Assembly (NCBI GenBank): GCA_027923505.1
Contig: BROI01000015.1
Location: forward strand, 186,001 to 250,000
DNA: 64,000 bases
Reading direction: 5' to 3'
DNA from: Mayamaea pseudoterrestris
Taxonomy: Eukaryota
A model generated the notes under the pieces. The model was given only the letters and a program-made list of their open reading frames with translations, was not told where the DNA came from and searched no databases. Of the stretch, positions 23,634 through 35,464 are shown one piece after another. Made by a program: the position numbers and the translations under genes. The number at the start of each line of letters is the position of its first letter. Within the stretch, counting starts at the first letter, position 1.

Positions 23634-24947
23634 ATGGGGCAATGTTCCACGTTGCCTGCAGAGGCAAGAGCCTCCTCTTCGATGGTCTCTACAAGGTTTG
23701 ATGGAGCATTCCAAAATTCGGACGAGATGCGACAAGAACAGAAAATACGCCTTAATCCAAAGGCGGACGGTCGTCGAGAGGGACTTGACTTTAATAGACT
23801 CATTCCTGAGCACATGGGTAATCAAAACAAACATTACTCCGTTAAGCAACATATCGATCCATTTGGAGCGCCCGAATGCCGTCATACAGAAGGCACCTAC
23901 CCGCCGAGCGACGGATTTGATTCTGATCAGATGGAGATTGATGAATCGCCAGTAGTCATGCCTGTTTTCATTCCTCAGCCTCCGGAGTCTGCTATTCGCA
24001 CACGCTGCTATAAACTTAACCTGGACTCGGAGATCAACAGCATCTCGGGGACGCAAAAACTACAGCAGGTCTTGGGTCCCTTCAGTGAGCCACCCCCTCA
24101 ACTTACATACAGCTCATCTGAAGATTCGTCCCAAGCAGCCAGTCCAACTCATGTTGCCATCAAGACAGCGCAAATATTCCGCGGCATAACGATTAGTCGA
24201 GATGGAACGATCCTTTCGCAAAATGCAAGGGCAACAAGAAGTAGCAGGGGAAACAAATCCAAGAAAGGCGAGAAGTCGCGTCAAGCCGCGAAGATCGACA
24301 AGGCTAATGACCTCATTGAAGAGTCTCTTGCCGGTGGCGTAAAAGCAGAAGATAGTGAGGACGGCCCACCGAGCCTCGTTTCGCTGTACGTCATTGGTGA
24401 GTACGATGACATGAAACATTTGGTACGCGACGGATCTAAGAAGCTCAGAGATGCAGCCGACCTTCCTGAAGAATACCTATTCTCAATCAACAAGCCTCGA
24501 ATGAGCTTTAAGTCTGCTGCGCTACATTCTCCTTACAACTCAAAGAAACGAGAATCTCCTAGCCTTGTTCAAAGCCAACGCGCGGCAGCTCTTCAGAGTC
24601 CTGGAAAGGTTCAGGTTACTGGTACTATCGTTCTTTCTGGTGATGCACATTCTGTCAGTCAACCAACCCAGCAAACACCGCCAAGAATCAAAGGACATCC
24701 GCGTGACACACGGCCCGGTCGACGGGAAGATCGTGCCAGCATGCGAATGCGTCTTGACTACTGCCATCCCGGCACCCCCGGAGAAGACTGGAGCCACGCT
24801 TGGAACATTTGGAATTGTGGTGGTGCTGGGACCGTCAGCCCTAATCAGCCAAGTAGTCCCCAAGAGCATACACAGGTTCTTTTTGAAGGGCGTGATCCTG
24901 CCTTTAGTAACCTGCGCGAGTCGGGCGTCATGGCCGGTAGGCAGTAA
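23634..24947 (+). CDS. Hypothetical protein, possible N-acylation signal (MGQCS)
   Basis: 437-aa ORF from ATG 23634; no domain recognised. Confidence 0.65.
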   Translation: MGQCSTLPAEARASSSMVSTRFDGAFQNSDEMRQEQKIRLNPKADGRREGLDFNRLIPEHMGNQNKHYSVKQHIDPFGAPECRHTEGTYPPSDGFDSDQMEIDESPVVMPVFIPQPPESAIRTRCYKLNLDSEINSISGTQKLQQVLGPFSEPPPQLTYSSSEDSSQAASPTHVAIKTAQIFRGITISRDGTILSQNARATRSSRGNKSKKGEKSRQAAKIDKANDLIEESLAGGVKAEDSEDGPPSLVSLYVIGEYDDMKHLVRDGSKKLRDAADLPEEYLFSINKPRMSFKSAALHSPYNSKKRESPSLVQSQRAAALQSPGKVQVTGTIVLSGDAHSVSQPTQQTPPRIKGHPRDTRPGRREDRASMRMRLDYCHPGTPGEDWSHAWNIWNCGGAGTVSPNQPSSPQEHTQVLFEGRDPAFSNLRESGVMAGRQ

Positions 24948-25179
24948 CTCAAACAACTTAATTTTATTCAAGCTTTCTTCTCAAATTTTTGTCGTCGTAC
25001 TGTGGAGCATATATAGTATACGTACGGTCCCGTCGGAGTCATATGTCGATGGATACTTAGCTTGTGACGCATTGGTACCGATTGAACAGGCAATCGTACC
25101 GGTTTTGCGATTGTTTGGAAGACGAGTCGTCGTTTGTATTTTTCTCCATCACTGGCCTGAATCGCACCGACGATTATGC

Positions 25180-25977
25180 ATGATGAATAACTTTCTATCT
25201 TCTCTAGATGAAAGGCTAGCTGACAAGTCTGATTGGTTGGAGGAAATTCACTTCGAAGCAGCAATCGATGCGCAGCTTACTGCGACATGTGCGACAAGAA
25301 GAGGCGGCAAAGACTGTGCTGGAGACTCGAGGTCACACCTTGATGTTGAGACGGCGTCGCCTGCTTTGTTTGATGACTATGTCAATCCACATTCCGTTGC
25401 TAACTGTTTGAGCCCATACGTTCCGACCAATTCAAAGAAGATATCCGCGTTCATTTCCTTGGCTGGTCTACGGACGTGTGATGTCCTCCTCGATATTGGA
25501 TGTGGAGACGGTCGAGTGTGTGTCGCTGCAGCAAAGCTCATAGGATGCTGCACCATGGGTTTGGACATATCTCCACCATGCATCGAGCGGGCTCAGGAGC
25601 TTGCCACGGAGGAAGGCGTGGAAGAATTGTGCCACTTTTACAACGCTGATGCAACAGCGGATTTAAACCACCTGCTTGGAGGTACGTTTTCATGGGAACA
25701 TCGTGTTTGTAATTAGTGTATCAACATTGAATATCCTAATACTCTCTAACTTCATTCAGGCTCCTCGCAATTAGCATCCCGTTTGCAAGCAGTTACAGTT
25801 GTGTGGCTGTTTACTTACCCGACGCTGCTCCGTCGCCTCGTTCCCTTGCTATCGAGTCTCCAAAAAGCAGGTGCGAGAATAGTTACGCTAACGTACCACC
25901 TAGCGGACACCGAAGCTAGTATAGAAATGAGCGACACTGAGAATGATCTCTGTTTGTATAGCTGTATACATATATAA
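25180..25977 (+). CDS. Class I SAM-dependent methyltransferase; intron 25682-25759
   Basis: LSPYVPT, VLLDIGCGDGR (motif I), GLDI, TVVWLF...RIVTL.YH. Confidence 0.85.
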
Positions 25978-26333
25978 ACTCTCTATAATAGATCAAGAAA
26001 GGTTTCAGGTGTTGACAGTATGCGATTTCTCTTCGCCGCCATTTTATGTCCGCATCCTAGATAATATGCAGTGCAAACGAATCTGAGTGAGTTAACAAGA
26101 ACAAATTTCATCTAGTGGTAATACTCTGGTAGTCGTAGAGTCATACTCTTCCTATCGTAAACTCGAATGTAATCATGCATGCCAGAAGTTTCCGCCTTAC
26201 TCAAATGACGTTTTGCCAGTTCAAGTAATGACCTTCTCCGGCGTAAATTGTCAGCGAGTTCGTCTTTTGATCATTCTCCACTTATCTTTATAAAAAAGAC
26301 CCAATAAAATAACGTACCTGCAAGTTGCTTGGC

Positions 26334-27117
26334 CTACAAAAGTATCATTTGCTTTGCAATCTCATCTCTCTTTTCCTTCCCATATAATTCTTCGCCAAGC
26401 CTCAAGGCGAATTCGAGTGATGTCCCAGGTCCTTGAGACGTAAGTAATTTGCCAGAAACGACAACGCGATCATCTCGAACAGCAGCGCCCAGTTCGTTCA
26501 AAGTGTTTCGAAAACCCGCGGCTGGATAGCATGTCACAGGCTCGCCTTCTTCAATCAAACCATTTGGAGCAAAGGCAACAGCAGGAGCTGCGAAACGACA
26601 CGAATAGAAATGGAGGATCCATGTAAGCAGATGACGAAAAGTGTTTTAAAGACGACACGAATGACAACTTACAAGCACATACAGCACCATAGTACTTTCC
26701 AGCAGCCTTTTGCTGCTTCAAGATATCAATGAGCGTCTTGGAGTCTCTCAGATGTTCCGCACCAGGCAAACCCCCAGGCAGAACCACCAGATCCCACTCC
26801 TTGCTAACACAGTCGTCGATTAAACAATCTGCTTCAAATTTTATGCCTCGTGACATTCTGCAGACGAGCTGATTAGCCATGACCGACGCCACAGTGACAT
26901 GAGCTCCAAATCGCGTGAGTGTATCGGTAAGGCAAGTTGTTTCGATTTCTTCACTGCCATCGGCAATGGGAACAAGTACTTGTTTCGTCGGCATGTCGAA
27001 AAGTCTTGTTGACAAGCGGCGCGCGCTGTTAATGCTTGTAGAGAAGGCTTGATTGCGGCGAGCAATGGCTAGGAAAATAATCAAGGAGCGACTCCGCGGG
27101 AGCAAGAGTCGTTTCAT
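26334..27117 (-). CDS. DJ-1/PfpI (YajL-like) protein; intron 26588-26672
   Basis: IADGSEEIE, DLVVLPGGLPGA, GAVCA|SPA (catalytic Cys), TSQGPGTSLEFAL. Confidence 0.93.
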
Positions 27118-27342
27118 TCGACAGCTCAATGGTGAGAATGGAGCTTCCCGTATGGAGCTTGATATCGTAATGTATGGTGTGCGGCATTGTGATCGTGTCG
27201 CGTTCGGATCATGCGCGATGACTGATGGAGATCGAGGCATGTCGTAGCGTTAAGCATTTTAAAACCAGTGCGAGCTTTGCTTCATCTTCGCGCGTGATGC
27301 TCGACCAGCATCGACCATGCGCACAATGGAAGTTCCCTCGTC

Positions 27343-27774
27343 ATGTCTCGCTTCTGCTCCGACAGCAACTACGCCGCAGCTACTCGACACCGTCGTCCAT
27401 TTTCAACTGCGGGACGGCCGCCTGCTTTCACAGACGACGATTGGGCGCTTGATAAACTCGAAGACGACACAATGGAAATTGCACAGTTTGAAGCAGCAGT
27501 CGCTCCACTCTTGGAGGAAGGCGAGTTGGATGCAGATGCTATTGTTGTCTCGCCTACAGGAAATTCTTCAGCAGCTGCGAATACTGCGTCGGAACGTCGG
27601 CGACGTGAGGAAGGATGGACGGATTTGGGACTGGATCAAGTCCATCATGGATTTGCAGCGGCTGTGACGGCGAATCTGCCACCCGAAGAAGTCCCGAGAA
27701 GAAATCAGACGGGACAGCCAGGGACACCAGCAGCAGAAACTCCTTCCGCTGGAACACCAGCATCTGCAACTTGA
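27343..27774 (+). CDS. Hypothetical small acidic protein
   Basis: 143-aa ATG ORF divergent from DJ-1; no domain recognised. Confidence 0.4.
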   Translation: MSRFCSDSNYAAATRHRRPFSTAGRPPAFTDDDWALDKLEDDTMEIAQFEAAVAPLLEEGELDADAIVVSPTGNSSAAANTASERRRREEGWTDLGLDQVHHGFAAAVTANLPPEEVPRRNQTGQPGTPAAETPSAGTPASAT

Positions 27775-28214
27775 AAAGGTTCATCATGTACAAGGTGCAC
27801 TAGACGCGAAGGAGCAATGGGCAGGTTTTCGAAGTACGAAGGAACGAATGTCACTCACTCTAAGGCTCTGCAGTAATAATCATAAACCATCTAAACTGCA
27901 ATTTCAATATTATATTGCACATCTGAATCAAAAGATTCTGTACCGGTATCTGCATAGATTTAAAGATAATGAGAGTTGCTCGTCGTCTTCGACCGCTGCG
28001 ACACACCACAACAACATTGAAAAACACAAGAAATTGAGCTCATTTTTCAATCACTCCCTGATGGCGGTCCTGGCCGGCTAGCAATGCCTGTAGGGGGTAG
28101 TTCTTCGCGATTGTCACTTTTGCAAAAGGCTCGAGGAATCACGCCCAAAATCATATTCCTGTTCGGCAGCAAATCCTAGCTCGTGCACTTGACATTGACA
28201 TTCGACAACCAGAG

Positions 28215-29639
28215 ATGGACGCAAGCGATCAGGATGGCAAGCGCGGCTACCCATGGAACGTCACTGCTCAAAATAGCAGACGACGACAACAGGTTGGAAG
28301 ACTTATTCACAGTATATGGACAGGAGACTGCGGTGATGCTGGTTTAGCAGCGCCGTATTTTGACGGACGGCTGGACTTGCTCGGCCTTTATCAAACATTT
28401 TTGGTCGACCAAGTTCTGGTGGACGACGATGAAGGAAATAATTGCTTTACATTTAATGAGGAAGGTAAAGCTTATTTTGAAGTGGAAAGAGAACATTGCA
28501 GCACTTTGACTTATGAGCAGTTCGAACAATCGTATATGCGAGCAAATCAACCAGTGGTCATTCAAGGATTAGCACGCGATTGGAAGGCTTCTTCAGACTG
28601 GGTGCATCAGGCAAGCGATGGAACAGTAGAACCCAACCTATTGTATTTGCAACAACATTTTGGTAATGATTTAGTTGATGTTTTTGAGCAGAGTCAAGCA
28701 GGATTTTCCGCGAGCCGACCGATTCGGAGGAAGATGACAATCACCGAATATGCGAGGTGGTGGGAGCAACATCGAGTGGCGGGTGAGACCCAGCTAATAT
28801 ATATGAAAGATTGGAAATTTCTGATTTCCCACCCTAAATGCGGCGCTTATCAATGTCCACATTACTTTCAGGAAGATTGGCTTAATATGGCAACCAAGAA
28901 TGCCTACTCGTTTTGCTACGTCGGCCCTCGAGGGACTTCGACAGTCCTTCATGCCGATGTCTTGCTTTCGTTCTCATGGTCAACAAATGTCTGCGGAAGG
29001 AAGAAGTGGTTTTTGGTACCACCAGAGCTCACGTTTCTTCTTTACGACTGCTTTGGTACAAAGCTTGCGACGCACTTGCACAGCGACGTGCATGATGGCA
29101 TGAGCTGTCGCTTTCCTGGCCTCCGAGTCGCACGAAAGCACGCTTATATGCTAATTCAAGAAGCAGGCGAAACGATCTTCGTCCCTTCGAAATGGTTTCA
29201 TACGGTACAGAATTTGGATGCATGCTTATCGATTAATCACAACTGGTACGTGGTTCATTTGTTCGTGGAGCTCAAACGCCGAAGCCGCTCGAGTCTCTAT
29301 CAGATCTAATCGCATCGCTCATACATTAGGTTAAACGGTGCTAATATACAGAACAGTTACGAGAATTTTGAAAAAGAAGTTCTTGCATTGCAATCAGCCG
29401 GTGAAGATCTGAGTGATTGTTCACCCGTGGCAGCTGACGCGAAACTTTTGTGGTCAGTTATTGCGACGGCAATTTCCTCTGGATCGGTACAGATGCAAGA
29501 CATGGGCACCATTTTAGCGATTGTAGAAGCGGGAGTTGATAAGCTAAATTTGTATAGATACATTGATGGTGGAGAAAGTGAGGTCAAGCGAGTAAGAGAA
29601 TTGATGCGCGAGCAAGCCACCGGTTCTGTCAATCAATGA
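28215..29639 (+). CDS. JmjC-domain hydroxylase, JMJD4-like; intron 29246-29329
   Basis: YMKDWK, FQEDWLN, GPRGTSTVLHADV..SFSWSTNVCGRKKW, QEAGETIFVPSKWFHTVQN, SINHNW|LNGANI. Confidence 0.88.
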
Positions 29640-29683
29640 ATAAGACGGACGTACTTTGCACTATTATAAGAGTTATACGCCAA

Positions 29684-30985
29684 CTATCTCTGCAACGCCG
29701 CCTTAGCCATCAAGAGCGCCCCTTCCTTGTTTTGATGTCCACCGATAAAACCAGCAGCATGAACAAATTTGCACCCAGGAATCTTTGTAACAGCTTCAAG
29801 TCCAGCGTCGCGAAGACCACACCACTCTTTCGGCAGAGAAAGGCGATTCTCAAATGCCATGCCCTCGACAGTTACAGCTTGAACTCTCCACATGCCTGCC
29901 TGATCAGTATACAAGACAAACTTGACGAGCGGATTGACGTTGTACACCTTTTCCAACTCATACAAATGATTCTTCCAAGGCAAACCACCCGACTCGAGAC
30001 ATAAAATCTCTCCCGTAGCATCAACCTGCAAGCGCTGAGTCAAGGCACGGTCCACAAGCTCCCTCGCGGGTATGTCACTCTCGACAATTTCCATCATTAT
30101 GCTCAAAAAGTCTTGTCCGCACAATTCAACTGCGTGTGCAAACCTAGCATCAGGGTCAACTTCTTGACCGTTGGCATCCACCTCATTCCATCGAGGGTTC
30201 AGTCGGCCTACTCTTGACGCCAGTCCAGTCGAGTCTTTATAGAGTAAACGAACGCCTTCTGGAACAGCTTCTACTCCAGTGTCAATGGCATCCAAAGCTT
30301 CAAGCAATCTGTCATAGATCTTTAAATATGCGGTTTGCATCATAGTGTCATTCAACTCCGGATAATAAGCTTGCAATACTTCTTTTCCGTAATGACGGTA
30401 GACGAGTCCAGACGCTGAAAGCTTTGTGCATCGCGTTGCATCGCCTTCAAAGCGCTCGTCGTAACCATTTTGGTGGTGATCATACTTGCGCGTCGCGTGA
30501 TCGTAGACGCCTCCAACATCGATAACGATATCGAGCGTATCCAATACTTTAGTAAGTGAGATGAAACGGAAACGTGAGCAAATCATCTCAGTGCATACAG
30601 TCAGGAGAATGGAGTTTTTTCGTCTACCAAGCATACCTTTCATATCTCTGCTTCGAACAATCTTTGAGTTCCGAAACTCTGGAGTCTGCTGCAACATCCA
30701 AACTCCCATGGCCTCGTCCGCTTGAAAGCTTCCCGAATGCGTTCCAATAACAGCTGATGATGCCTCTGCCACCAGAAGCTTGGCGCGCTTGACGCTTAAT
30801 GACGACGACAACATGGATCGAAGTGATGCGCTCTTTGTGGCGTGCGAAAAGCTGCTTTTGGAATGAGCGGCAGAAATAGAGGCGAGAAAAGATTGGCACG
30901 TTTTTGCAAGACTTAGAATGGTGAATAAAGACAGGAGGATTCGAATGCTACCGGTAGTTGCCGACAAGGTCAAACGTCCTCGCAT
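29684..30985 (-). CDS. MYG1: MYG1 (DHH-family exonuclease); in-frame intron 30547-30636
   Basis: IGTHSGSFQADEA, VIDVGG.YD..KYDHHQ, KLSASGLVYRHYG, FVHAAGFIGG. Confidence 0.95.
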   Translation of the reverse strand: MRGRLTLSATTGSIRILLSLFTILSLAKTCQSFLASISAAHSKSSFSHATKSASLRSMLSSSLSVKRAKLLVAEASSAVIGTHSGSFQADEAMGVWMLQQTPEFRNSKIVRSRDMKGMLGRRKNSILLTVCTEMICSRFRFISLTKVLDTLDIVIDVGGVYDHATRKYDHHQNGYDERFEGDATRCTKLSASGLVYRHYGKEVLQAYYPELNDTMMQTAYLKIYDRLLEALDAIDTGVEAVPEGVRLLYKDSTGLASRVGRLNPRWNEVDANGQEVDPDARFAHAVELCGQDFLSIMMEIVESDIPARELVDRALTQRLQVDATGEILCLESGGLPWKNHLYELEKVYNVNPLVKFVLYTDQAGMWRVQAVTVEGMAFENRLSLPKEWCGLRDAGLEAVTKIPGCKFVHAAGFIGGHQNKEGALLMAKAALQR

Positions 30986-31198
30986 CTGAACGAATGAGCG
31001 CGTTGTGACGACCCTCCGTTTCCGGGCTGGAGGTGCCTGGTACTTTTTCTACGTGTAAACCAGTGCGACAAGGTTTTACAGAAACACATGCAAACATTCC
31101 TTTGGCAGAATTGGCCTCGACTTTACCTCTTTCCCAAGTCAATGAACAACTCACTACTGCAGCCATCTTAGCAATGAAGGGCCGACCTCAAACAAGTT

Positions 31199-33943
31199 AT
31201 GCATTCATCGCAGTACGAACCCGTTTCAGTCGCTGAGGAAGCTTTGGAACCTCCTCCAGACTCGGCAGTCTACCGCATTGATGAGGACGACGAAGATGCA
31301 AGCGTCGCGCCTTTTTCGATTGAAGAACCGTTTGAAATTGAACAGCAGCTAGAAATTTTGGAAGCTGATGCTATCGACTTATCGCCGAACTGTATCTGCC
31401 TCGTCCTTTCAGCGGGTGTCACATTTTTGCTCACGTCGCCCGTCTTGGTGCTGACCGCATGGACTTTTCATATGTTGATCGGGCGAGCTTGGGTCGCTAC
31501 GCCATTCATTCTTCACTCGGTAGTGGCTTTGACATCTTGTCGGCTATCGTTAATGGGAAGTTGCAGGAAGGCTGCTTTTATATACAATATCATCGACGCC
31601 CTCCTCTTCTTTTTTGCCTACAATGCATTCTACAAGTTTGTTATCCAGCAACTGCTTACAGATATTGACGGTACGCCAGTTATTGAATACACCGATGAGC
31701 GGTATGCGTTGACTACGTTTCAACGTATGGGTTTGGCCATTGCTGTATTTCGGGTGGTGTTGGTTGTTATGTCATTTGCTGAGAAAATGTCAGAATATTT
31801 TGCGCTTCGAAGCAGACAATGCCACCGGAGCTCTTCTTGTATTTCACCAAAGACATTGGTACATGTTTTGCAGCAATTTACAATGGCTTTACTTGCCCTT
31901 ACAGTCGGTTTGCTGCTTTGGTGTATCATCTCCGTCTTGGTGCATTTTATCAAGTGGCCACCACCGCTAAACAAAGATCCAGGGTGCGATCCAATCGACA
32001 CGACGGAATGCTGGCTGCCGTACCCATCTTTTCATCATATGCGGCGAGACATGTCCACGGAAACTGGATGGCGAGTTGACCTGAAGGCTGATATTCTCCC
32101 TCGACTCAAGGGCGGCGTCAAAATGGATCCGGCATGGCTGAATGACAAGGATGGATTCTCTACCATGGGACCTATTCTATTTTACGTAGATGGGCTCAAA
32201 GAGGCGCATGAGGCTAAAAATGGTCAACTGCAAGGGCATGCGAACATCGCAAAATCGACGACGCGACAATCCATTACCCTCTTGCTAGACGTGAACACGT
32301 CGAAACTGGTTGCTCACTCGGCTGAGATTGACTATCTGGACGCAAAGCATCCGCAAGTCATGTTATTTCCAGCATACCCGCTTCAACATGCGAATCACTA
32401 TGCCGTTGCACTTTTCAATGCAACTGGTGTGAATGGGGAAGTCTTGGCCGCTTCCGATGGCATGGTAGACTTGTTCATGCACCACGGGGGACCAGTGGAG
32501 AGCGAACGCTGGGACAGGTACACGAACTCGATCATTCCATCGCTACGAGTCGCTGCGCCTTGGATGACTGCGGACGAAAAGAATTTGAACGGTTTGCAAA
32601 TTCTCTTTGACTTTGTCACATCCAGTGAGCAATCACAGCTAGGTCATGTACGGGCTGTTCGCGACGCAACTTTATCTTTTGTCGGTTCCACTCACTGGAT
32701 ATGGAAGGACCATTATCGAGAGGTTCAAAGGACTGTCTATGATTGCAGCTTACCAGACACACGCCTTGCTCGGACAGTCCATGGTGAGCTCGACGTACCA
32801 TGGTTTCTTGATTGTTTCGGACCTGGTGGTCGCCATGCATTTCTCGACGAAGATGCACTACAGAGCAACATACCTACAGCGATTGGCAAGGCAAAGTTTT
32901 TACTTCATATACCATGCTCACTTCGTGACGGTGCGTTAGGCTTGGCTTCGGGGAAGCCTTTGCGAGCAGTAATGGAGTTCGGCCACGGGCTTTTCGGCAA
33001 CCGAGCTGAATCGTACGATTCGTTCCTTCAGCAGCTTGCAAATGATGAAGGGTATGCGATTACAGCGATGGATTGGCGTGGGATGAGCTCATTTGACTTG
33101 TTGGTTGTTGGAAGGATGCTTCTGTCTAGGCCGCGACTTTTTCGCTCCGTGCGTGATAATCTCATACAAGGGTACGCCAACAAGTATGCACTCCAGCATT
33201 GGTCGCGAAGTGGCGAGCTACAGAAGTCGAACGCCTTTGTATTTGATGATGTTAACGGTTATCAGGTATCTGTGCGGATGGATGGAAACATGACAGAGCC
33301 AAGCTTTGTCTTTTACGGCATTTCTCAAGGAGGCATTTTAGGTGCCGGATACGCCGCCTTGTCAGTAGGTCTCATTGATCGAGCAGTGCTTGGCGTTCCA
33401 GGAACACCGTTTGCATTGGTCATGTCGCGCTCACATGATTTTATTGGTTACGACATACTTTTGCTTTTGGATCTATACGACAATCGACAAGTTCGAATGC
33501 TCTTGGCGCTGTGTCAGCTGGGTTGGGATTCGTTGGAAGGTGCAGGTGTTCTAGCTACTCCCGTCTCAGAGCCCTTTCCGCCAATGCTACTTCAGGCAGG
33601 CTTGGGTGATGCTGTGGTGCCAACTTTTGCTGCGGAAGCACTCGCTCGAGGATTTGGTGCCGTAATCCTACCCGGAAATCCTCGAAATATCTACGGTATT
33701 GATGTTGATCATTTTGCTACTGAGCCAGATCATCAACCACGTGCAATACTGACCGAGCTGCTCTATGAACAGGAATACCTCGGTCTGTCAGTGGACAATA
33801 AGATCGGGTCACCGAACTCGGTGCATGATTGTGTACGACGGGATGGAGCCATGATCAAGCAGGTAACTGCGTTCCTTTCTCGCGGCGAAATTATAAACCC
33901 ATGCCTCCGCGACGGCTGCATACGACATTTATCTGATTGTTAG
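31199..33943 (+). CDS. 914-aa membrane-anchored alpha/beta-hydrolase-fold protein
   Basis: About 5 N-terminal hydrophobic helices; GHGLFG, MDWRG, FYGISQGG nucleophile elbow, GDAVV and NSVH as candidate triad residues; intronless. Confidence 0.8.
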   Translation: MHSSQYEPVSVAEEALEPPPDSAVYRIDEDDEDASVAPFSIEEPFEIEQQLEILEADAIDLSPNCICLVLSAGVTFLLTSPVLVLTAWTFHMLIGRAWVATPFILHSVVALTSCRLSLMGSCRKAAFIYNIIDALLFFFAYNAFYKFVIQQLLTDIDGTPVIEYTDERYALTTFQRMGLAIAVFRVVLVVMSFAEKMSEYFALRSRQCHRSSSCISPKTLVHVLQQFTMALLALTVGLLLWCIISVLVHFIKWPPPLNKDPGCDPIDTTECWLPYPSFHHMRRDMSTETGWRVDLKADILPRLKGGVKMDPAWLNDKDGFSTMGPILFYVDGLKEAHEAKNGQLQGHANIAKSTTRQSITLLLDVNTSKLVAHSAEIDYLDAKHPQVMLFPAYPLQHANHYAVALFNATGVNGEVLAASDGMVDLFMHHGGPVESERWDRYTNSIIPSLRVAAPWMTADEKNLNGLQILFDFVTSSEQSQLGHVRAVRDATLSFVGSTHWIWKDHYREVQRTVYDCSLPDTRLARTVHGELDVPWFLDCFGPGGRHAFLDEDALQSNIPTAIGKAKFLLHIPCSLRDGALGLASGKPLRAVMEFGHGLFGNRAESYDSFLQQLANDEGYAITAMDWRGMSSFDLLVVGRMLLSRPRLFRSVRDNLIQGYANKYALQHWSRSGELQKSNAFVFDDVNGYQVSVRMDGNMTEPSFVFYGISQGGILGAGYAALSVGLIDRAVLGVPGTPFALVMSRSHDFIGYDILLLLDLYDNRQVRMLLALCQLGWDSLEGAGVLATPVSEPFPPMLLQAGLGDAVVPTFAAEALARGFGAVILPGNPRNIYGIDVDHFATEPDHQPRAILTELLYEQEYLGLSVDNKIGSPNSVHDCVRRDGAMIKQVTAFLSRGEIINPCLRDGCIRHLSDC

Positions 33944-33978
33944 CATAAGTAATGAATTATCTTCGATTTTTTTTTGTG

Positions 33979-34324
33979 GTAGGATATATCCGGACATGCT
34001 TCACGGCATTAGGACATAGATGACGTCAAGCTTCAGGCCTTGCTAACTATCCCAAAGCACATCGTTATACAGTAGGAGTATGCTCTTAAAGAGTCATTGG
34101 TTACCACTTGAATACTGCAATCTCTAGCCTCTCCATTTGTTCCATAAACTGGTAGTTAAGAGTTGTTGCCATAACCCATCAAATGGTTGCTTGGAAGACC
34201 AGTATTATTTTTACTGTCTAATGCTTGGCAGTGTTTGTTTGTGCATGCGGAGCACGCAAAAGTCAATGCAGGCTTTGTGAAGCCATTGAAGCTTGTGCCA
34301 CCTCCCCGATCCGCGAATGTGTTA
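33979..34324. repeat. Diverged direct repeat, copy 1 (~340 bp)
   Basis: Colinear with 35136-35464: GTAGGATA.ATCCGGACATG, CTATCCCAAA, TAGGAGTATGCTCT, TACTGCAATCTCT, TGCAGGCTTTGTGAA.CCATTGA, CCGCGAA.GTGTTA. Confidence 0.85.
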
Positions 34325-34326
34325 AA

Positions 34327-35135
34327 TGTGTGGATTTTTGCCCTCCCAAACAACTGATGCTACACGTGAGCTGGGAGTGACTGTTATGCACCAATCTCAC
34401 TGCATACGTGTCCCCAAGGATAGCCAGAACAGAATTCATGGGACGAGACTTTTGGGGGTAGTCTTTGAAGGCCCATGTGGCCGTGGTTACTGTGTGGATC
34501 TTTGCTCAGGTGTGAGCTGATCTCCAAGGAAGCCACAGAATTCATAGAACAAGACTATTGTGGGTAGCCATTGAAGGCCACACACTGTAGCACCATGTAG
34601 CTGGTTACTGTGAGGAATTTTGCCCTCCCAAACAACTGATGCTACATGTGAGCTGGGAGTGACTGTTATGCTCCAATCTCACCGCATACATGTCCCCAAG
34701 CATAGCCAGAACAGAATTTACGGCACAAGACAATTGAGAGTAGTCTTTGAAGGCCACACACTGTAGCCCCGTGTAGCTGGTTACTGTGTGGATCTTTGCC
34801 CTCCCAAACAACTGATGCTACATGTGAGCTGGGAGTGATTGTTATGCACCAATACCACTACATACAAGTCCCCAAGGATAGCCAGAACAGAATTCATGGA
34901 ACAAGACTTTTGTGGGTAGTCATTGAAGGCCACACACTGTAGCACCATGTAGCTGGTTACTGTGTGGATCTTTGCCCTCCCAAACAACTGATGCTACACG
35001 TGAGCTGGGAGTGACTGTTATGCACCAATCTCACCGCATACGTATCCCCAAGGATAGCCAGAACAGAATTCATGGAACAAGATTTGTGGGTAGTCACTGA
35101 AGGCCACACACTGTAGCACCGTGTAGCTGGTTGCA
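34327..35135. repeat. 176-bp tandem array, about 4.5-5 units (one internally deleted)
   Basis: TTTGCCCTCCCAAACAACTGATGCTAC recurs at ~34337, 34619, 34795, 34971; spacing is 176 bp among the last three. Confidence 0.93.
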
Positions 35136-35464
35136 GTAGGATAGATCCGGACATGTCTCACAACAATACTTGGAACACAGCAGCTGTGACCTTGATGATG
35201 CCATGGTTGTTGTGCATGCAATGACCTCTAATAATAAATGTGTGAGCTATCCCAAACACATTGCTATACTTTAGGAGTATGCTCTGAGAGAGCCATTAAC
35301 GACCACTCAATTACTGCAATCTCTTGCCTCTCCTTCTGTTCCATATAGACTAAAATTGTTGGCACCATTGTTTGGCAGTCTTTGTGTGCGCGGAGCGCGT
35401 AAAAGTCCTTGCAGGCTTTGTGAAACCATTGATCCTGCCACCTCCCCGCCCCGCGAAGGTGTTA
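35136..35464. repeat. Diverged direct repeat, copy 2
   Basis: See copy 1. Confidence 0.85.

Noticed and set aside
24565..25179. 383-aa ORF 24565..25716 as one protein
   Set aside because: Its 5' part overlaps the upstream gene in another frame; methyltransferase similarity starts near ATG 25180
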